Positions 61,395 through 64,000 of a DNA stretch of 64,000 nucleotides are shown here, piece after piece. The notes below the pieces were generated by a model. The model was given only the letters and a program-made list of their open reading frames with translations. It did no database searches and had not been told where the DNA came from. Each line of letters opens with the position of its first letter. Position 1 is the stretch's first letter. The DNA comes from Owenia fusiformis. Lineage: Eukaryota. The stretch lies in the NCBI GenBank assembly GCA_903813345.2, contig CAIIXF020000001.1, forward strand, positions 2,790,001 to 2,854,000, written 5' to 3'. The position numbers were made by a program, and so were the translations under genes.

Positions 61395-61624
61395 AAAATC
61401 AAAGTCCCCTTCGATAAAATTCCTCTGAAATAAAGGTCCACTGGGGGGTAGGGCTTGCTTCTGTGGGGGAGGAGTAGGGGCTGGCTGGGGGGTACTGACT
61501 GGTGGAGAAGGTTGCACTGGTGGGGGTTGCACTGCTTGCTGGGGGGACTGTTCCCGTTCTTGCCTTTCAAAGTGGTCCAAATAAGCTGGGCGGTATTTGC
61601 TCTTTGCATTCTCTGTGTCATGTC
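61395..61624 (-). CDS. STK3: Hippo/MST kinase penultimate exon (..KYRPAYLDHFERQE..Pro/Gln-rich linker..EGDFDF)
   Basis: ttttag|GA...TTT|gtaagt, 230 nt; RPxF/YLxHF and GDFxF motifs precede SARAH. Kinase-domain exons were not found in the window. Confidence 0.9.
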
Positions 61625-63178
61625 CTAAAATATTTTATATATTGTTAAGTATGTTGTACATCAAAAAATAGTCTTATCATGGGCCTCCCAAAAATCCTAT
61701 GTTTAAAAGCACATACAGAGAATATATATAAGTGTATGTGAGTATATGTGTAAGTGAGTATGTGTGCTACTTCTGCAAAGAAAACAGCTATCTACAATAG
61801 ATGGCAGCAGCTGACTGTATTGAAATTACTAGGCATTGTCTGAAAATAATTATGGTATTCATAAATGGGGATTCCCCTAAAAATGTATAAAAGGTATAAT
61901 ATGATGTCATAAAATGTTTAATTGCTTGCAAATATTTCGATCCTCTTACAGTTTTTACACCTTATCTTCTGCTCTTTGATAAGCTCCTGCATTAGAATTA
62001 CAGTATACATGACAAATTAACTGTATTAACTATTAATACAGTATGAGATGTTCAAGTAAATATAAAGGCATAAGATCAACAACTACCAACAAAGAATGCA
62101 ATCAATAAATAAATTCCCTGACTATGCCCTAACGCCACAGATTTGACTGACACAATGTACAAAACACAAACACAATTCAGAATTGAGCCTACATGATATT
62201 ACAAAATACAGCCATGGATGTATGTTTCAAAGTTTATCATCTGTAGATAAAAAGCATGATGTAACACTTTCTTTTTAACTTATCTGGTATTAAATTTAAT
62301 AAACATAACATATTTAATATACAACTAGGCACGACACATTTTGCCTGTCAACTTTTGTATTGCAAAGATGGGGTTTCTTTCAGACCACAAATGGCATGCC
62401 TGCTACATGTACTTGCTCTGTCTTGCTTTAATTGTCATCACAGAGGCTCAAAGGTATGTATAATTTACTTTAACGGTTTAAAATGTGAATTATGGTGTCA
62501 TATTTGGATTAACCTTCAAAACAACTAGAACAAATAATGATGAAAAAAAATGTTAATGGATCCATGGATATTATACAGATTTGAACAAAAGAACAGAGCT
62601 CATTGGTCACTTAACCCTTTATACCTGAAACGAGAAACCCCACAAGCGCATTTCTATTTTTCAATTATTGAAAACTCATAAAAAAACAAAATGAAACTAG
62701 AACTTAACATCTGATATACTTTAAAAATCTTATAAATATAGGAACAAGTACTTGAAAATGATAAATGTTCAAATCAAATTACTCACTACTGGAATATTTG
62801 ACAATCTTTTTTGTACAAAGGTTATATTGTGATGTAAGCACAGTCAACTATCAAATATTCTATCAGAGCAACAATCCTATCACATAATTTTCTCTTGAAA
62901 TAAATAATAGCATCTGCAGATATCTCAACATTTTCCTGTTTAGCTATAGTTTCATTTGTTTCATAAAATATGAAAAGTTGCTAACATTTCAGCAAGTAAG
63001 CCAAAACTTTAAAAGTTTAATCAATTAAAATTTGTGTTTTAACTCATAACCTTAAACAATATTTCAGGTCCTTTCGACATTTAGATTTCATAAAAGAGCA
63101 GTTAAGAAACTATTGTAATAAAATTTTATTTGAAGAATAGGACTGGGGAGATCTAAAGCTTATTCTTCACGCTTCCTA

Positions 63179-63275
63179 GTCAACTCGTACCCAAGACAAC
63201 TCATACCCAAGACAACTGGTACCTAAGACAACTCGTACCCAAGACAACTGGTACCCAAGACAACTCGTACCCAAG
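63179..63275. repeat. 16-bp tandem repeat x6 (GACAACTCGTACCCAA), possibly the subterminal array of a non-autonomous DNA transposon
   Basis: Six units directly visible in a Hippo intron. Confidence 0.85.
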
Positions 63276-64000
63276 ATTATTTTCAGTATTATGGTTGCAT
63301 ATTGGGGAAAAAATAGAGTTTGTAATGCTTTCATGTTATAATGTGAATCAAATAATCCTCAATATTTTTTGAATTTAGACGACATTTTTTCTCAATGGAT
63401 CAGTAAAGCATTTTTTTTATTAAATAAAAGAAGTGCTTGAAGCGCTTGTTCTCAACATTTTTTTGTCAAACATATATATAAATAAATATAATTACAACAT
63501 TAGATCTGACACTTGTTCCAAACACTCATATATAAACATACAATATTTTGAAAAATGATCATGAACATGTGGAATAAACATATTGTAACGGCTAGCCTAA
63601 TTTGGGTAGTGTGGGTGTTTTTAGACTAGGCTAGGTCACTTTGGGGATACGTTGTACACATTAAATGTACGTGTGAAAATAAAGAGACACAATAATTAAT
63701 GAAAGCTTAACAATATATATTCTGGCTTCATCCGCCTCAAAATAATACAACACAAATTGATACTAAGTTTCAGTTTCAGAGGTGCGAATTATAAGTCCTT
63801 TATGCAATTATATTTGTATATTTATCTCTATATATAAATGTTCATCACTAATATAGTTTTTCATCAGCTGAGCGATGCATATTCTAAGTCCACCAAGTTG
63901 AAGATATAATCTAAGTTCATCAAATGAGTTGGTGAATATTCTAAGTCTATCAAACTGAAGATGTATGGAATCTGCTAAGTTCTTCAGATTATCGATGAAT

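Overview
AT-rich eukaryotic DNA from an intron-rich invertebrate animal, probably marine and possibly a lophotrochozoan (inferred, not provable here). Genes were assembled by hand from splice sites. (1) The last coding exon of a chymotrypsin-family serine protease with an atypical EDSGG catalytic motif (+, 51-370). (2) A complete 9-exon exostosin-1 (EXT1/tout-velu) gene (+, 6793-53337, 727 aa) with a 25 kb first intron. (3) A complete 6-exon ependymin-related (EPDR) gene, 193 aa, nested antisense in EXT1 intron 1 (-, 29578-26880) and not assembled by the ORF track. (4) The last two exons of the Hippo/MST (STK3/4) kinase with its SARAH domain (-, 61624-61018), convergent with EXT1. Non-coding DNA holds Tc1/mariner- and Harbinger-type MITEs, a Helentron/DINE-like element nested in a MITE, a decayed CR1-like LINE, a possible decayed TRIM pseudogene and several satellites. 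The most striking oddity is a 49-bp tandem array upstream of EXT1 exon 7 whose unit is the exon's own 3' splice site plus its first 14 nt. It creates a ladder of near-perfect alternative acceptors, and each of the eight best-preserved upstream copies leads to a premature stop.
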